64,000 bases of DNA, from positions 1 through 64,000 of IMG/VR virus record IMGVR_UViG_2919361683_000002. One strand, 5' to 3'. The notes under the pieces are model-generated. The model was not told the DNA's origin, searched no databases, and saw nothing but the letters and a program-made list of their open reading frames with translations. Both the position numbers and the translations under genes were made by a program. Position 1 is the first letter of the stretch. The number at the start of each line of letters is the position of its first letter. This document shows positions 28,052 through 39,020 of this stretch, in pieces. The DNA comes from a virus.

Positions 28052-31000
28052 TTATAGATTGAAGCCATAATTATTTCCTAGAACGCCTCTCTTTGATTGT
28101 GCTTTAGCGGCATCAATTAATTTGTTTAAGATGGTCGATCCTGATTCCTTATCATTTGCATGAATTTCAACCTTTTCAAAATGAAAACTATTAACATTAG
28201 AAGCAGTAGACGTATTATTATTTTTAACAAAGTTGGGGGTAAAGGTACTCTTAACTGAATCAACGATGCCACGGGTTACATCAATGATTTTCAACAAATT
28301 ACCCGTATCGCTCTTATTAAGAACCAATTCCTTTTCATGGGCTAACAGAAATTTACCGCCAGAGAAAGTAGGGGTCATACCTCCTGTATCAGCACTAAAC
28401 ACTTTCTGTTTAACCAGATAATCGTAGCTTCCATCTGGAAACCCCCATTTTGAGCGCATTGCATCATTTTCAGCTTTAAGAGACTGAAATTGTGCTTGAA
28501 GACTTTTAATTTTATTGTTATCTGGTTTCTTTTCGCGCTGTAATTGAACGACTTGCTTAGAAATATTTTCAGCCTTTTGCTTGTTGGAAAGGTATTTCTG
28601 CCAATCTCCTTTTTCTTTTTCCTTATTGCTGCCGTTACCTGAACCAGTTCCGTTTCCATCGCCAGTTCCTATACCCGTGTTGTTTCCGATTCCACTATCT
28701 AAGTTTAAGAAGTCATCAAGTTTGCCTTGATCCATAGTAAGGCTGTCCAACATGTTTTGCATTTGCTTACTTGTTTCCAATGATTGCTCTTGAAGGAAGG
28801 TGAAGAACTTAGAATACTCGCCTTTTAGTTCATCAATCACAGATTTTACCTTAGTCTTGTCATTGGACATGAGGTCTTGCTTCATTCTATAGAATCGTTG
28901 TTCGTCTTCAAGAATGTCATCATACTTCTGCTCAGTAAGTTCTTTTTCTCTATCGATGTTATCTGTAATTGCGTCATGAGTTCGATCTTCAGCATCTTTG
29001 GTTTTATCAAGGTACTTTTTGCGGTCTTCTAACTGGTCATTCAAGCCTTCTTTACGTAATTCACGCTCACGGTCAAGTTTAAACTTATCGATCTCTTCAT
29101 TTTTTGCATCTAGCTGATCGGTTAAATCTTTCCTTTTAGCCTTGGCTTCATAGGAATTATTAAGAGCAAGCTCATTAATTTTATCCTGAATCTTTTGACG
29201 CTCATCTAGCTTCTTTTTGAGTTCTTTGTCGTAATCATCTGATTCGCTTGTACGATCCAACTCTTGAAGTTGGCGTTTAATAATCTCTTCAAATCGATCA
29301 GATTCTTCTTCGAGATTTTTTAATCGGGCTTCATGCCGCTTATCTTCAGCTTCTTTTTGCTTATCGATAGCCTTTAAAGCTAAATCCTTCTGCTTCTCAA
29401 TCTGTTTCTTGTAGGCTTCAATAATCTTATCGGCAGCAGCAGATTTAATTGAATAGATAGCATTGTTGTACTCAAGATTCTTCAGAGTTAGATCTTGTAG
29501 CCGTTTAGACAATTCTTCTTTATTTTGCAAATTCAACTTTTCATTTTTCAATTGTCTCTCTACAGCTAAAATCTCTTTCTCTGTAGCTACACGTTGCTCA
29601 TTTATCAACCCGATCTGAGTAATAAGCTCTTGTTGATATGCCTTTGAGTTTTCGTCCAACGATTCCATACGAGCCTTGGACAGAGCTATCTTATCAGCAG
29701 CAGCGTTAATCTTCTTCTCATATTCATCAAGATTGGAGACAATGACAGCATAGTATTTTTCTTGTTTCTGTTGTTCTAGTTCCCACCACTTTGTACTATT
29801 CGAAGCTTTCTGCTTATCAAACTCACCAGCCGTAATCTTATTTTGCTTAACAAGGTTATCAAGATTGATATTCTGAGAAACCAATTCCTTTTGCTGCGCT
29901 GTCAACGACTTAATTTGAGCTGATTCTTCTTTTCTCCAGTTTGCCGATACTTGATCATATTTAGCCTGTCTACCTTGGGACTTAGCAATGTCAGCGTCCA
30001 AGGCATCCAGCTTGTTCTGGCTCATTGTTACGTAGTTCTCAATATAATCAACACGAGCTTTATAGATGTTATCGTATGTAGTTGTTCTATTTTTTCGTGC
30101 ATCTTCTTGTGCTTTTGCTAAGTCCGAGGCAGAAGGGAGGGTGTACTTGTTTTTAGATTTCCCACCAGAAACAGAAGAGGTATCACCATCATAATAACGT
30201 AATACGTTACTTACATAGTTGGTGTCTCCATAAACTTTGCTTCCCGTTTTCTGCTTTTGCATAGCTGAGAACTTCTTCATGTTTTCAACAGAATATCCAC
30301 CGTTTTTATTGAAGAAATCCAAAATTCCCGGCCCCATGTTATACATAGCTAATGCAATATCTACATTACCAGTTTGATTGAGGTACTTAGCAAACATCTC
30401 TGTGCCAGCTTTTATACTGTTTTCGGTAGTTGTATATTTCCCAAGTTTGCTGACCTGCATGACATTTTTAATGCCATTAGCGCCATTTCCTGATTCTTGT
30501 TGAATGATTGCCTTAATTAATGCAGGATCTACACTATTTGCTGATGCATATTTGTTAATCAGTTCTGCGTTTTTACCTGTAACTTTACTATTAGACGATG
30601 ATGCAACGGATGTTGAAGTAGGGAGGGCAGAAGCACCGGGAATGCGTGTAGCTCCATCATAGCGAGTTGCCCAATATTTGTCGTTTAGGTTGCCTTGCTT
30701 TAATCCCGAATTGCCCATTTGCATAAAGTTTCCATCACCCATATAAACACCAACATGGGAATGTGCCTTACCATTAGTATTGAAGAATACCAAGTCGCCT
30801 TTCTGCAATTCCTTTTTACTCGTTACAGCAGTACCTTGTTTTGCTTGTTCGGCGGCAGTGCGAGGCAGCTTAATGTCGAGGAACTCCTTAAACATTTCCT
30901 GCACAAACTGAGAGCAATCTGATGTAGCTCTTTGTACAAACTCATCATATGTACCTTTGTACTCGCCGTTAATTTGTTTATATTTAAACGCTCCAGAAGA

Positions 31001-34000
31001 AGAGAGGGATAACGCTTCTTCTATCATAGAATCTAAACCAGTACCACCTTTTGTAGTAGTGGTAACTTTTGTAGACACTAATTTAGAGGGATTTTTAATG
31101 CCTTCTGTGTACAATTCAGCTTGCTTTTCAAGAAGTTTTATCTGTTCCTTTAGGGCTTTGCCGTATTCCTCTGTTCCTTTTTTTAATCGACTCATTCGAC
31201 TAGTCTGTGCATCTTGAGCAGCAGCAATCTCTTTAAGTTTCTTCTGAGTTTCCGTTAAAATTTCATTAGTTTCTGACAAAGAGTCGTTGTATTGATCGTT
31301 TTTCTTGGTGGCTTCTTTACTAATTCCAAAATTAGGATCAGAATAAATACCTAGTAATTCTTTTCCCTTAGATGCCTTTTCTTCTAACTCCTGAACGCTT
31401 TTAGAAATCTCATCATACTGCTCTTTAAGTGCATCGTTTCTGGCTTTTCTGGCTTCCTCAAACATAGGGTTATAATATACTGTCTTACCCAAGTTGAAAT
31501 CAAACTTCTCTTCATAACCCAAACCCTTACGCATTTCAGGAGACAGTGCTGCGATCTTTGCGTTTGCTATTTCATCCTCAATAGCCGCCAAAGCTTTTTT
31601 AGCATCTGCTAAATCTTTTACACTCTTTAACTCAAGACCGTATCCGTTTATAGTGCTAATGGAAGCATTAATCGCATTTAAGCTCCGTTGCTTATCTCCT
31701 TCAATTGACTGCTTAATCATTTTCAACTGAGCTTCTCTTAGATCGTTGACTGCCTCAGTTTCTAATATGTATCCATCTTTGACTTTTTTCACACTAGCGG
31801 CTAATTGAGGATTTTTTTTGATTAATTCTGCAACTGTTTCTGCACTCAAATAGCCATTTTTTTGTTGATCATACAATGCTTGATTTAAGGTTTTGAGTTC
31901 GGAAGAGCTGTCGTCAAGCGCTTTGTTTAATTTTTCAAAAGCATCAGAAGCGTCATCTGTTGCATTAGCCATTTTACTATCAGCACCAGCTAATTGATCG
32001 GTTGCCTCAATGTTAGTCATGTACTTCTGATTAGCATCGTCCAACTCTTTAGATAAAGTTTGTTGCTTGCCAGTAAATTCATCAACTTTACTTTGAGCCA
32101 TAGCAATCATTTGATAGTAACCTTGAATCGTTTCTGGGGATTTTGCAAAAGCGCCTGCAATTGAATTGTCATTCATTATTGTATCTAGATCATTTTTATA
32201 CTTCTTTAAATCTTCTTTTGCTTTTTTTAGCGCTTCTTCATTATTTTCGTATTCATTCTTCTTTTTATCATAGGCTCCACGAGCTTCTTCGGTATTCGCT
32301 TCAGCAGCAGCTTGTTTTTTTTGTTTTAATAGTTCGATTTCATACTTGACTGCATCTTCACTGAAATGTGCGGCTTTTAATCTTTTCAATCCTTCTTCTG
32401 TTGCGGTTATACCAACAGCTTTATACATTTCTTCTAATTGTTTTTGAGCGGTTGCTTGTTGTTGGGCAGAAAGTGTACCGCCGTCCATAGCTTTCTTGTA
32501 TTTGTTGATAGCATCTGCAACTTTAGGCAAGAAATCGATTTGTCGCTTATATTGATTGATTTGCCGTTCTCGCGCCTCTATACTGTCATTTATCTGTTGA
32601 GTTTCGTCACGCTGCGCTTTTTCTGCTGTACCCAAGCCCACAGCCAATGAAGCTAATAATCCAATGACAACAGATATACCCATTGTTGCTATACTTGTTG
32701 TAACGGCAGCTCTAGCAGATGCAGCAGTCTGTGCATTTATCGCAACAGTTGTTGCCTCAGTTGCTACTGTTCTCCCAACCTCAGCAGTCGAAGCGGTTCT
32801 TGAGGTTACAGCATGGGCGGCATTAGCAACAGAACTTGCAGTAACAGCGGCAGTCTCTTCGTTTGTTACGACTATCATGCCTTGTCTCATAGCTTTTACA
32901 ACAATCATTGAATCAATAGCTGTTTTGATAGGAGATTTAAGTGCAACAAATGCCGCTCCTAGTGCAACTACAGCTGTACTTACACCAAAGATTGATGAAG
33001 GTATTTTTGACATACCAATAAACAATTGATCAGTAATATCAAGTATAGTCTTTATCATACTACGTAATCCATCATTACCAGCTGTGTTGAAGATATCAAT
33101 GAATGACGTTTTTACCTGTGAGGCTTTACGGGAGATGGTATCCATTTGAGTAGTTAAGTATTCTAATGTGCTTCCAGTAGATCCAATAGAGTATGCTGTA
33201 CCCAATAAGATATCACCGGGTTGGAGGGATGCTGCCAACTTCGCATACTGATAGACACCACGAGAAATGGCTGCATAAGATTGAGTTAAATCATAATTCT
33301 TATCGATTACCGCAATAGACAAATCCAGCAAGATATCTTCTGCCTTGCGCCATTCTTCAACGCCGTTCACAACCTTTTTAGTCTCAACACCAAGACTCTC
33401 AATTTCATTAACAGCCTTACTGGTTCGAATAGTACCCAAGACAGTCTTCCACATATTACCTAGATTTTCACCAGATAATGCGGTATTACGCATACCCGAT
33501 GAAATCAAACCATTCATAAAATCAAATGAAACTCCAGTCTCTTGAGCAATCTTACCTGTTCGTTCGAAGGCAGCTCCCAAATCTCTAGCCGGGGCCATAG
33601 TTTCGTGCGCCACCTTACTCCAAGAATCTAGGATTCGACCCCCATATAATTGTGCATCATTTGTATTCTTAAGTTGGACACCATATTGAGCTAGCACCGA
33701 TTCCATTGATTTTGTGGCATCTTCAAGACTCACCAAATCAACTGTGGAAAGCATAGTAGATTGACGTACTAGGGTCTGAACAACACCAACATCTTTATAC
33801 ATACGGCCCCAGAGACGTGCAGACTCAATTACATCAGTGATGGCGGCGGCTTGGTCGTGCGCTGTTTGGATGAACTGTCTTGACTCATTATTAACCTTCT
33901 GCATATCCAAAGAGCCTTTTTGTAGACCTTTAAAGTAGTGCTCATTTGTTTGAATATACCCTGCCATGTGACTCTCAATGTCAATCATGCCTTTGAATCC

Positions 34001-35146
34001 AGCAGTAATACTAGAAAAAACAGTGCCATACATCGCACCAGCAATCATATGAGCGCCAATTGATTTAATGGCGTGTCCAACTTTTTCACCAAAACTTGCA
34101 ACCTGTGTACTGGCTGATTTAGCTGATGACTCTAAATCTTTAAATCCTTGCTGGATTTGTTTCATTTTCTGCTTTAGGTTTGCATCATTAATATCTAATT
34201 TTGAAGCAGAAGAGAGGAGGGAAGAGAGGTCAGTCTGATTAACATTTGAACCATATTTGGTGCTCAATCTTTGTGCGTTGGTTTCTGCTTGTTGCTTAAA
34301 CTCTTTAAGATTCTGGATTTTTTTCTGATTTGCTTGACGTTCAGCGACTTCTTGCTGACCAAGTGAACGAACCCACCAGTCCTGATATTCCTTACGAGTC
34401 GCCTGAATTGCATCCTGATTCTTTTTATCGGCTGCACGTTGTCTATCCGCATTTTCCTGAATAGCTTTTTGCTGATTTGTAGCTAATTGACGTTCAGCCG
34501 TATTTACTCTTTCCATGGACTTAATACGTCCATCATACATCTGGTTAACAAGAGACTCTTGATCTTTTAGCGTTTTAGCATGATTGATTATCTCGTCGTA
34601 CTTTTTTACAATGCCATTTTGATCAATATTAGCTGTAACTTTTTGTCCAATTTCTTTGTTTTCATATGTATTTTTATAACCAACTACTTGACCTTTACCA
34701 TTCTTAATAGCTTTCTCATTGGCTAATGCATAGCCTTTTAGCTCAGATTCCAACTGCTGAATTGACTTTCGTTGTTTGTCATAAGCTTCAGTCTCTTGCT
34801 GCAATTTTTGTTTATGTTCATCAATAACTTTGTTGGTCTTAGTAATGATATTGTTGTCGGCTGATCTTAGCTCAGTTATTTTTTCAATACTTCCATCTAG
34901 TCTTTTATATGTAGTAGTGGTTTCACTAACAATCTTATTTTGTTGTTCCATTGCTAAATTTAACTTATTAGCAGCGGATACAAAACTATTCATACTTGAT
35001 ACAAAGCTCTTATCAAAATTGATCTTAATATTCAAGCTTTGAAGGGAGGGGTGCTTACTTAGAGCCTTCAATTTTTCATTGATATTTCCTATACTAGCTC
35101 CCATATTTAGGTCAGCTTGTACCAGAATCTTAAGCATATCTGCCAT
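28052..35146 (-). CDS. tail tape measure protein with NlpC/P60 and lytic transglycosylase domains (YomI/CwlP-like)
   Basis: 2364 aa, largely helical, with a TP901-type TMP core, DCSQFV...LPRTA..Q...GDLVFF...HVGVY (NlpC/P60) and IKAIIQQES...ALAMYN.G (SLT). Confidence 0.93.
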   Translation of the reverse strand: MADMLKILVQADLNMGASIGNINEKLKALSKHPSLQSLNIKINFDKSFVSSMNSFVSAANKLNLAMEQQNKIVSETTTTYKRLDGSIEKITELRSADNNIITKTNKVIDEHKQKLQQETEAYDKQRKSIQQLESELKGYALANEKAIKNGKGQVVGYKNTYENKEIGQKVTANIDQNGIVKKYDEIINHAKTLKDQESLVNQMYDGRIKSMERVNTAERQLATNQQKAIQENADRQRAADKKNQDAIQATRKEYQDWWVRSLGQQEVAERQANQKKIQNLKEFKQQAETNAQRLSTKYGSNVNQTDLSSLLSSASKLDINDANLKQKMKQIQQGFKDLESSAKSASTQVASFGEKVGHAIKSIGAHMIAGAMYGTVFSSITAGFKGMIDIESHMAGYIQTNEHYFKGLQKGSLDMQKVNNESRQFIQTAHDQAAAITDVIESARLWGRMYKDVGVVQTLVRQSTMLSTVDLVSLEDATKSMESVLAQYGVQLKNTNDAQLYGGRILDSWSKVAHETMAPARDLGAAFERTGKIAQETGVSFDFMNGLISSGMRNTALSGENLGNMWKTVLGTIRTSKAVNEIESLGVETKKVVNGVEEWRKAEDILLDLSIAVIDKNYDLTQSYAAISRGVYQYAKLAASLQPGDILLGTAYSIGSTGSTLEYLTTQMDTISRKASQVKTSFIDIFNTAGNDGLRSMIKTILDITDQLFIGMSKIPSSIFGVSTAVVALGAAFVALKSPIKTAIDSMIVVKAMRQGMIVVTNEETAAVTASSVANAAHAVTSRTASTAEVGRTVATEATTVAINAQTAASARAAVTTSIATMGISVVIGLLASLAVGLGTAEKAQRDETQQINDSIEARERQINQYKRQIDFLPKVADAINKYKKAMDGGTLSAQQQATAQKQLEEMYKAVGITATEEGLKRLKAAHFSEDAVKYEIELLKQKKQAAAEANTEEARGAYDKKKNEYENNEEALKKAKEDLKKYKNDLDTIMNDNSIAGAFAKSPETIQGYYQMIAMAQSKVDEFTGKQQTLSKELDDANQKYMTNIEATDQLAGADSKMANATDDASDAFEKLNKALDDSSSELKTLNQALYDQQKNGYLSAETVAELIKKNPQLAASVKKVKDGYILETEAVNDLREAQLKMIKQSIEGDKQRSLNAINASISTINGYGLELKSVKDLADAKKALAAIEDEIANAKIAALSPEMRKGLGYEEKFDFNLGKTVYYNPMFEEARKARNDALKEQYDEISKSVQELEEKASKGKELLGIYSDPNFGISKEATKKNDQYNDSLSETNEILTETQKKLKEIAAAQDAQTSRMSRLKKGTEEYGKALKEQIKLLEKQAELYTEGIKNPSKLVSTKVTTTTKGGTGLDSMIEEALSLSSSGAFKYKQINGEYKGTYDEFVQRATSDCSQFVQEMFKEFLDIKLPRTAAEQAKQGTAVTSKKELQKGDLVFFNTNGKAHSHVGVYMGDGNFMQMGNSGLKQGNLNDKYWATRYDGATRIPGASALPTSTSVASSSNSKVTGKNAELINKYASANSVDPALIKAIIQQESGNGANGIKNVMQVSKLGKYTTTENSIKAGTEMFAKYLNQTGNVDIALAMYNMGPGILDFFNKNGGYSVENMKKFSAMQKQKTGSKVYGDTNYVSNVLRYYDGDTSSVSGGKSKNKYTLPSASDLAKAQEDARKNRTTTYDNIYKARVDYIENYVTMSQNKLDALDADIAKSQGRQAKYDQVSANWRKEESAQIKSLTAQQKELVSQNINLDNLVKQNKITAGEFDKQKASNSTKWWELEQQKQEKYYAVIVSNLDEYEKKINAAADKIALSKARMESLDENSKAYQQELITQIGLINEQRVATEKEILAVERQLKNEKLNLQNKEELSKRLQDLTLKNLEYNNAIYSIKSAAADKIIEAYKKQIEKQKDLALKAIDKQKEAEDKRHEARLKNLEEESDRFEEIIKRQLQELDRTSESDDYDKELKKKLDERQKIQDKINELALNNSYEAKAKRKDLTDQLDAKNEEIDKFKLDRERELRKEGLNDQLEDRKKYLDKTKDAEDRTHDAITDNIDREKELTEQKYDDILEDEQRFYRMKQDLMSNDKTKVKSVIDELKGEYSKFFTFLQEQSLETSKQMQNMLDSLTMDQGKLDDFLNLDSGIGNNTGIGTGDGNGTGSGNGSNKEKEKGDWQKYLSNKQKAENISKQVVQLQREKKPDNNKIKSLQAQFQSLKAENDAMRSKWGFPDGSYDYLVKQKVFSADTGGMTPTFSGGKFLLAHEKELVLNKSDTGNLLKIIDVTRGIVDSVKSTFTPNFVKNNNTSTASNVNSFHFEKVEIHANDKESGSTILNKLIDAAKAQSKRGVLGNNYGFNL

Positions 35147-35213
35147 TACGTTTAAGTCACTTCCTTTTTTTACTTTAGAAAAATAGAAAAAAGAAGAGAC
35201 TTAATATCTCTTC

Positions 35214-35636
35214 TTACTGTTCATCCTTATATTTAATTTGTTCTACAATTTCACAGAAACGAACATACCAGTCTCCTTCGATACCAGTAAATTCGGTTGG
35301 GCCACGATTGATCACCGATTCTTTAACAGATAGGAGCATTGCTTTTCGTTCTTCTGTTTCATCAATCACAACTTCTTCATTATAAAGCTTGTTTAATTCG
35401 GCAATTCGTTCATTATCTTTCTCAAAGGTATACTTTCCGTTTTCAATGATGAGATTGTTGTCTTTATCCCTAATCGCATAATCTAAGTTGATATCATTGG
35501 CATCATTAAGAAGTTCAGCATAATGGTCTGCAAGCAACCCTTTGAATTTAACTCTATGTCTTGTATCACTTCTGTCTGTTTTTAATTTATCTAGATAAGC
35601 TATAAAATTTTCAAGTTCAAATTTGTATAGTTTCAT
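35214..35636 (-). CDS. DUF1617-like phage protein
   Basis: Helical protein with a YA.RD....I.ENG motif, common in Firmicute tail modules. Confidence 0.55.
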   Translation of the reverse strand: MKLYKFELENFIAYLDKLKTDRSDTRHRVKFKGLLADHYAELLNDANDINLDYAIRDKDNNLIIENGKYTFEKDNERIAELNKLYNEEVVIDETEERKAMLLSVKESVINRGPTEFTGIEGDWYVRFCEIVEQIKYKDEQ

Positions 35637-35698
35637 ATTAGCTCCCTTAACATTAAGATATCTAATTGTGGTAAAAGGATAGTTTTACTTAGATTGTT

Positions 35699-35872
35699 TT
35701 ACTTAGTCCAACATGTGACGTAGGGTTCTTGCCAACGTTCTTTATTGAAAAGAAGGGGATTATCAGGGTATTGTTTGTGAGTTGAGAATGTTTTCTTTTG
35801 AATGAGAAAATAAAATTTTGCAATTTCTTCGGATGTGCCCTCAACTTCAAAACCGTTGATTTTAGCTTTCAT
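35699..35872 (-). CDS. small hypothetical protein (MKAKINGFEVEGTSEEI...)
   Basis: ATG after AAGGAG, with a xEGT.EEI motif. Confidence 0.55.
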   Translation of the reverse strand: MKAKINGFEVEGTSEEIAKFYFLIQKKTFSTHKQYPDNPLLFNKERWQEPYVTCWTK

Positions 35873-36908
35873 GTTCAACTTCTCCTTCATAGTCTTTACC
35901 GATATGGCTTTTCAACTTGCCTAAGCTCTTCCATTTGCGATCTTTAGCTGTTAAATCGTTGTAGATGCGATACATGTCGGCACTCGTCCAACCCATAAGC
36001 TCAATAATAAAATCTGACTCAAGTCCAATTCGAGTTAGATTTGTAACAAGGTAGTGTCGAAGGGAGTGAAAATAGAAGGGTGTTTCCAAAAACTTTTCCC
36101 ACTTAGTACTCCAACTTCTAACTGTACTAACCTCTGCTGGTTCACCATTCGATTTGATAAACAGGTAGTCATGTTCTTTATCATTCTTTTGCATAATCTT
36201 TTCTCGTTCTACAATCCAAGCTTGGTAATAGGGCCAGAACTTTTCTTTAAATATGTATTTGTATAGAAGCTTTCCTTGCTTGCCGAACCCCTTAGTCTTA
36301 ATCTCTTTAGTGGTTTCTAAGAATAGACCGTCAAAAGCAGTGTTATTCTCATCAATTATCGAAGTTGTAAACCTCAACAATTCAGAAACTCTTGCACCAC
36401 TATTTGCAGCTAAAGCGAGAAGACACGCCTCTTGAGGCTTACTTAAGTCGTCGCTCAAGTGTTTTAGAAGAGCATCAACCTGATCTTCGAGCAATATAGT
36501 TTTTTCACGAACAGGGTTATTCTTGAGATTATCGATTGATTTAAGAATCACGTTACGGAAACTTGGATATTCGTCATCAAAAAAGTTCTCAATAAAGTTG
36601 GAAAAGCTACTTAAACACGATTTCATTCTACCGAAACGCTTAGGACTCCATTTTAACTCTTCAATTGCATAGCTAAAGAAATCGGAAAATTCAATCTTTT
36701 TGATATCTACAAAAAACTTATTGTCATTCTCAAGGAGATTCCAAGTGAAGAATATGTTCAAATCACTTTTATATCCTTTGATCGTTCCATCTGAACATTT
36801 CATATTTTTTTCTTTTATAAAACGATTAATCATTTTAACGTTCTTTGGATTAAATTGTGCAGTTAATTCTTCGTTTGTTATTACCTTGAAAAATGTTTTT
36901 CTTGCCAT
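35862..36908 (-). CDS. tyrosine recombinase (YomM-like)
   Basis: GARVSEL, KTKG, HSLRH, MGW and RIY catalytic set, at the same position as SPbeta yomM. Confidence 0.88.
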   Translation of the reverse strand: MARKTFFKVITNEELTAQFNPKNVKMINRFIKEKNMKCSDGTIKGYKSDLNIFFTWNLLENDNKFFVDIKKIEFSDFFSYAIEELKWSPKRFGRMKSCLSSFSNFIENFFDDEYPSFRNVILKSIDNLKNNPVREKTILLEDQVDALLKHLSDDLSKPQEACLLALAANSGARVSELLRFTTSIIDENNTAFDGLFLETTKEIKTKGFGKQGKLLYKYIFKEKFWPYYQAWIVEREKIMQKNDKEHDYLFIKSNGEPAEVSTVRSWSTKWEKFLETPFYFHSLRHYLVTNLTRIGLESDFIIELMGWTSADMYRIYNDLTAKDRKWKSLGKLKSHIGKDYEGEVEHES

Positions 36909-37012
36909 TCACATCAAATCCTTATGTATTATTAATGAGTATTTAGGTGAACTCATCACGGTATTTTGCAAGCATATAAACACACTCCCTATGTTTGTAT
37001 AAAATAGCTCTT

Positions 37013-37447
37013 TTACTTAACTTCCACATCAAGTCCTTGACGTGATAATCCCCTATGAAGTGCCGCAACATGAGCATTAGTATCATGCAGCTTCTCGACA
37101 GTCTTCTCAACGAATGGGCGAGGACGATCAGAATAAGCGAATTCGAAATCGTAACCCTGACCAGTTTCTACAACTAGACCAACATTCTTACTTCCATCCA
37201 TACGATGACTTTCAATGGATACAATATCCTGTCCAATCATATCGACAATCATATTGCGCTCATCTGTTAGCCCTCCTTGATCACGTTGTCTTTCGTAGAC
37301 TGTGGGAGTATATACATCATAAACATTATCCTGTATTGACTGTTCCATATTAACTTTTACTGTATTAGCGACATCGACTTGTAAAGATGAGGCGATTTTT
37401 TGCTTCAATAGTCTTTCCAATTCAGCAAAACTATTCGCTGTTGGCAT
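37013..37447 (-). CDS. tail component (YomN/HK97 gp10-like)
   Basis: VYD.Y.P..Y.R and PRPF motifs, plus position. Confidence 0.7.
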   Translation of the reverse strand: MPTANSFAELERLLKQKIASSLQVDVANTVKVNMEQSIQDNVYDVYTPTVYERQRDQGGLTDERNMIVDMIGQDIVSIESHRMDGSKNVGLVVETGQGYDFEFAYSDRPRPFVEKTVEKLHDTNAHVAALHRGLSRQGLDVEVK

Positions 37448-37919
37448 TAGAGTTAGCCTCGCTATTATTCATTTCTTCGTTTGCTTTTCTTTCAATCTCA
37501 GCAAAATTATCTGCTATTTCCTTAAAACGTTTCTCTAATTTTTTGACCTCAACCTCAGGTAATTTATTTGCAACTTCTACGAAAATGTTTGTATTCAATA
37601 AATTCTCGTACACCTTAATCAAAGTCTGAAAGTCATTCTTGTTGGGAATGGGGAGGTCTGTAAATTCGCGTAGCATCAAAGTAGATCCAATTTGTGACGC
37701 AATTTGGCTGAATGTTAATTCAGTAAGTTGCGCTTTTTCAATCCCTTGTACAACTTCTATTAGTCCTGTAAAGATGTTGTTGATTGAACTTTCTTTAAAA
37801 TTTTGCTTAACAGTCACCTCAAATTGACCATCCAGAATGGGATATGTTTGTGTCTGTTCTAGCTCTTTGCTGAGTTTATTCAATTCTGAAACTGTTAATT
37901 TTTTAGTCAATAATCGCAC
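37431..37919 (-). CDS. putative tail assembly chaperone (YomO-like)
   Basis: Position and the FTDLPIP motif. Confidence 0.55.
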   Translation of the reverse strand: MRLLTKKLTVSELNKLSKELEQTQTYPILDGQFEVTVKQNFKESSINNIFTGLIEVVQGIEKAQLTELTFSQIASQIGSTLMLREFTDLPIPNKNDFQTLIKVYENLLNTNIFVEVANKLPEVEVKKLEKRFKEIADNFAEIERKANEEMNNSEANSNANSE

Positions 37920-37925
37920 TCTCCT

Positions 37926-39020
37926 TTATTGTGGAAATGTTTCATCCAGTACTTTAGACCATTTTTCTTCCCATCTTTTACTGTCAAACGCCATTGAAAC
38001 TTCTCGTGCATTCTTACCAAATGTTTCGGCTTTGTCTCTATTGCGATATAAATATTCAATTGAACTACACAGATTATCTACGGTGGGCTTAATCAGCAAT
38101 CCATTATATCCATCAATAATTAGATCACTCAATCCACCTACACAACTAGCTATAACTGGTTTTCCAAATGCCTGTGCTTCAATGCAGCTCAAACTTGTAC
38201 CTTCTGCACCAAGAGTGGGGATTAAAACTATATCTGCTTGTTCGTAAGCACGATACATTTTATTCATATCAAAATGTTCCCATCGAACTCGATCTTGAGT
38301 ATTTACCCATCGCTTAAACTGTTGCTCACCTTCAATTGTTCCTCTGCCTACAAAGTAAAATTCCATATCTTCGTACTTGGGGAGAAGTTTCTTAGATGCT
38401 TCAGCCGCCAACAAATATCCTCTTAATTCATGAAGTCTACGAGGAATAAGCACTGTAAACTTACCTTTTCCTTTTTTCTCTCTAGGTTTAAAGGTGTCGG
38501 TATTGACATAGTTCGGTATGTATTCAAACTTATCATATAGTTTTGGATATAAAGCTTTAGTCCAACCAATAGTGTTTGTATCTACAGAAACAATTTTTCC
38601 TACACGGCGGTAGCAGTCTCTAATGTATTCGTTGTACCCTTTAGCGTGATACCAGTCTTGAATTTCATTGTCCCACCAAATACCATGTGAAATAGCAATA
38701 GAGTTCTTTCGTGCTTCGGGAAAAGCCAGAGTAGCTACAAAATAGATAGTGTAATCATAATTTTCTGTCCGTTTATGAAACTCAATTGTTAGATCTGGAA
38801 AAGATTCTTTGTCACCAATGGGGCAGGGGATACCAGTTATTTTTACATCCTTGAAGTTCTTTACCCAAGGCGTAGTAGATGCTTGAAAAACGTCTACAAT
38901 ATAATTCTTTTTTCTTAATAGACGTACAAGATCTATTAAATACCTTTCGCCGCCACCCATTTGAGTATATGTTCCAGTTAAATCAAAGAATTGCGTTGTT
39001 AAAAGTGCTACCTTTTTCAT
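37926..39020 (-). CDS. glycosyltransferase family 4 (GT-B)
   Basis: GGGERY N-terminal motif, RRL...RG and EGTSLSCIEA (EX7E) GKPVI...GGL. ATG at 39020 after AAAGGAG. Confidence 0.92.
   Translation of the reverse strand: MKKVALLTTQFFDLTGTYTQMGGGERYLIDLVRLLRKKNYIVDVFQASTTPWVKNFKDVKITGIPCPIGDKESFPDLTIEFHKRTENYDYTIYFVATLAFPEARKNSIAISHGIWWDNEIQDWYHAKGYNEYIRDCYRRVGKIVSVDTNTIGWTKALYPKLYDKFEYIPNYVNTDTFKPREKKGKGKFTVLIPRRLHELRGYLLAAEASKKLLPKYEDMEFYFVGRGTIEGEQQFKRWVNTQDRVRWEHFDMNKMYRAYEQADIVLIPTLGAEGTSLSCIEAQAFGKPVIASCVGGLSDLIIDGYNGLLIKPTVDNLCSSIEYLYRNRDKAETFGKNAREVSMAFDSKRWEEKWSKVLDETFPQ

Noticed and set aside
37013-37919. programmed frameshift in the tail assembly chaperone
   Set aside because: No convincing slippery site was found, and both ORFs have their own starts.
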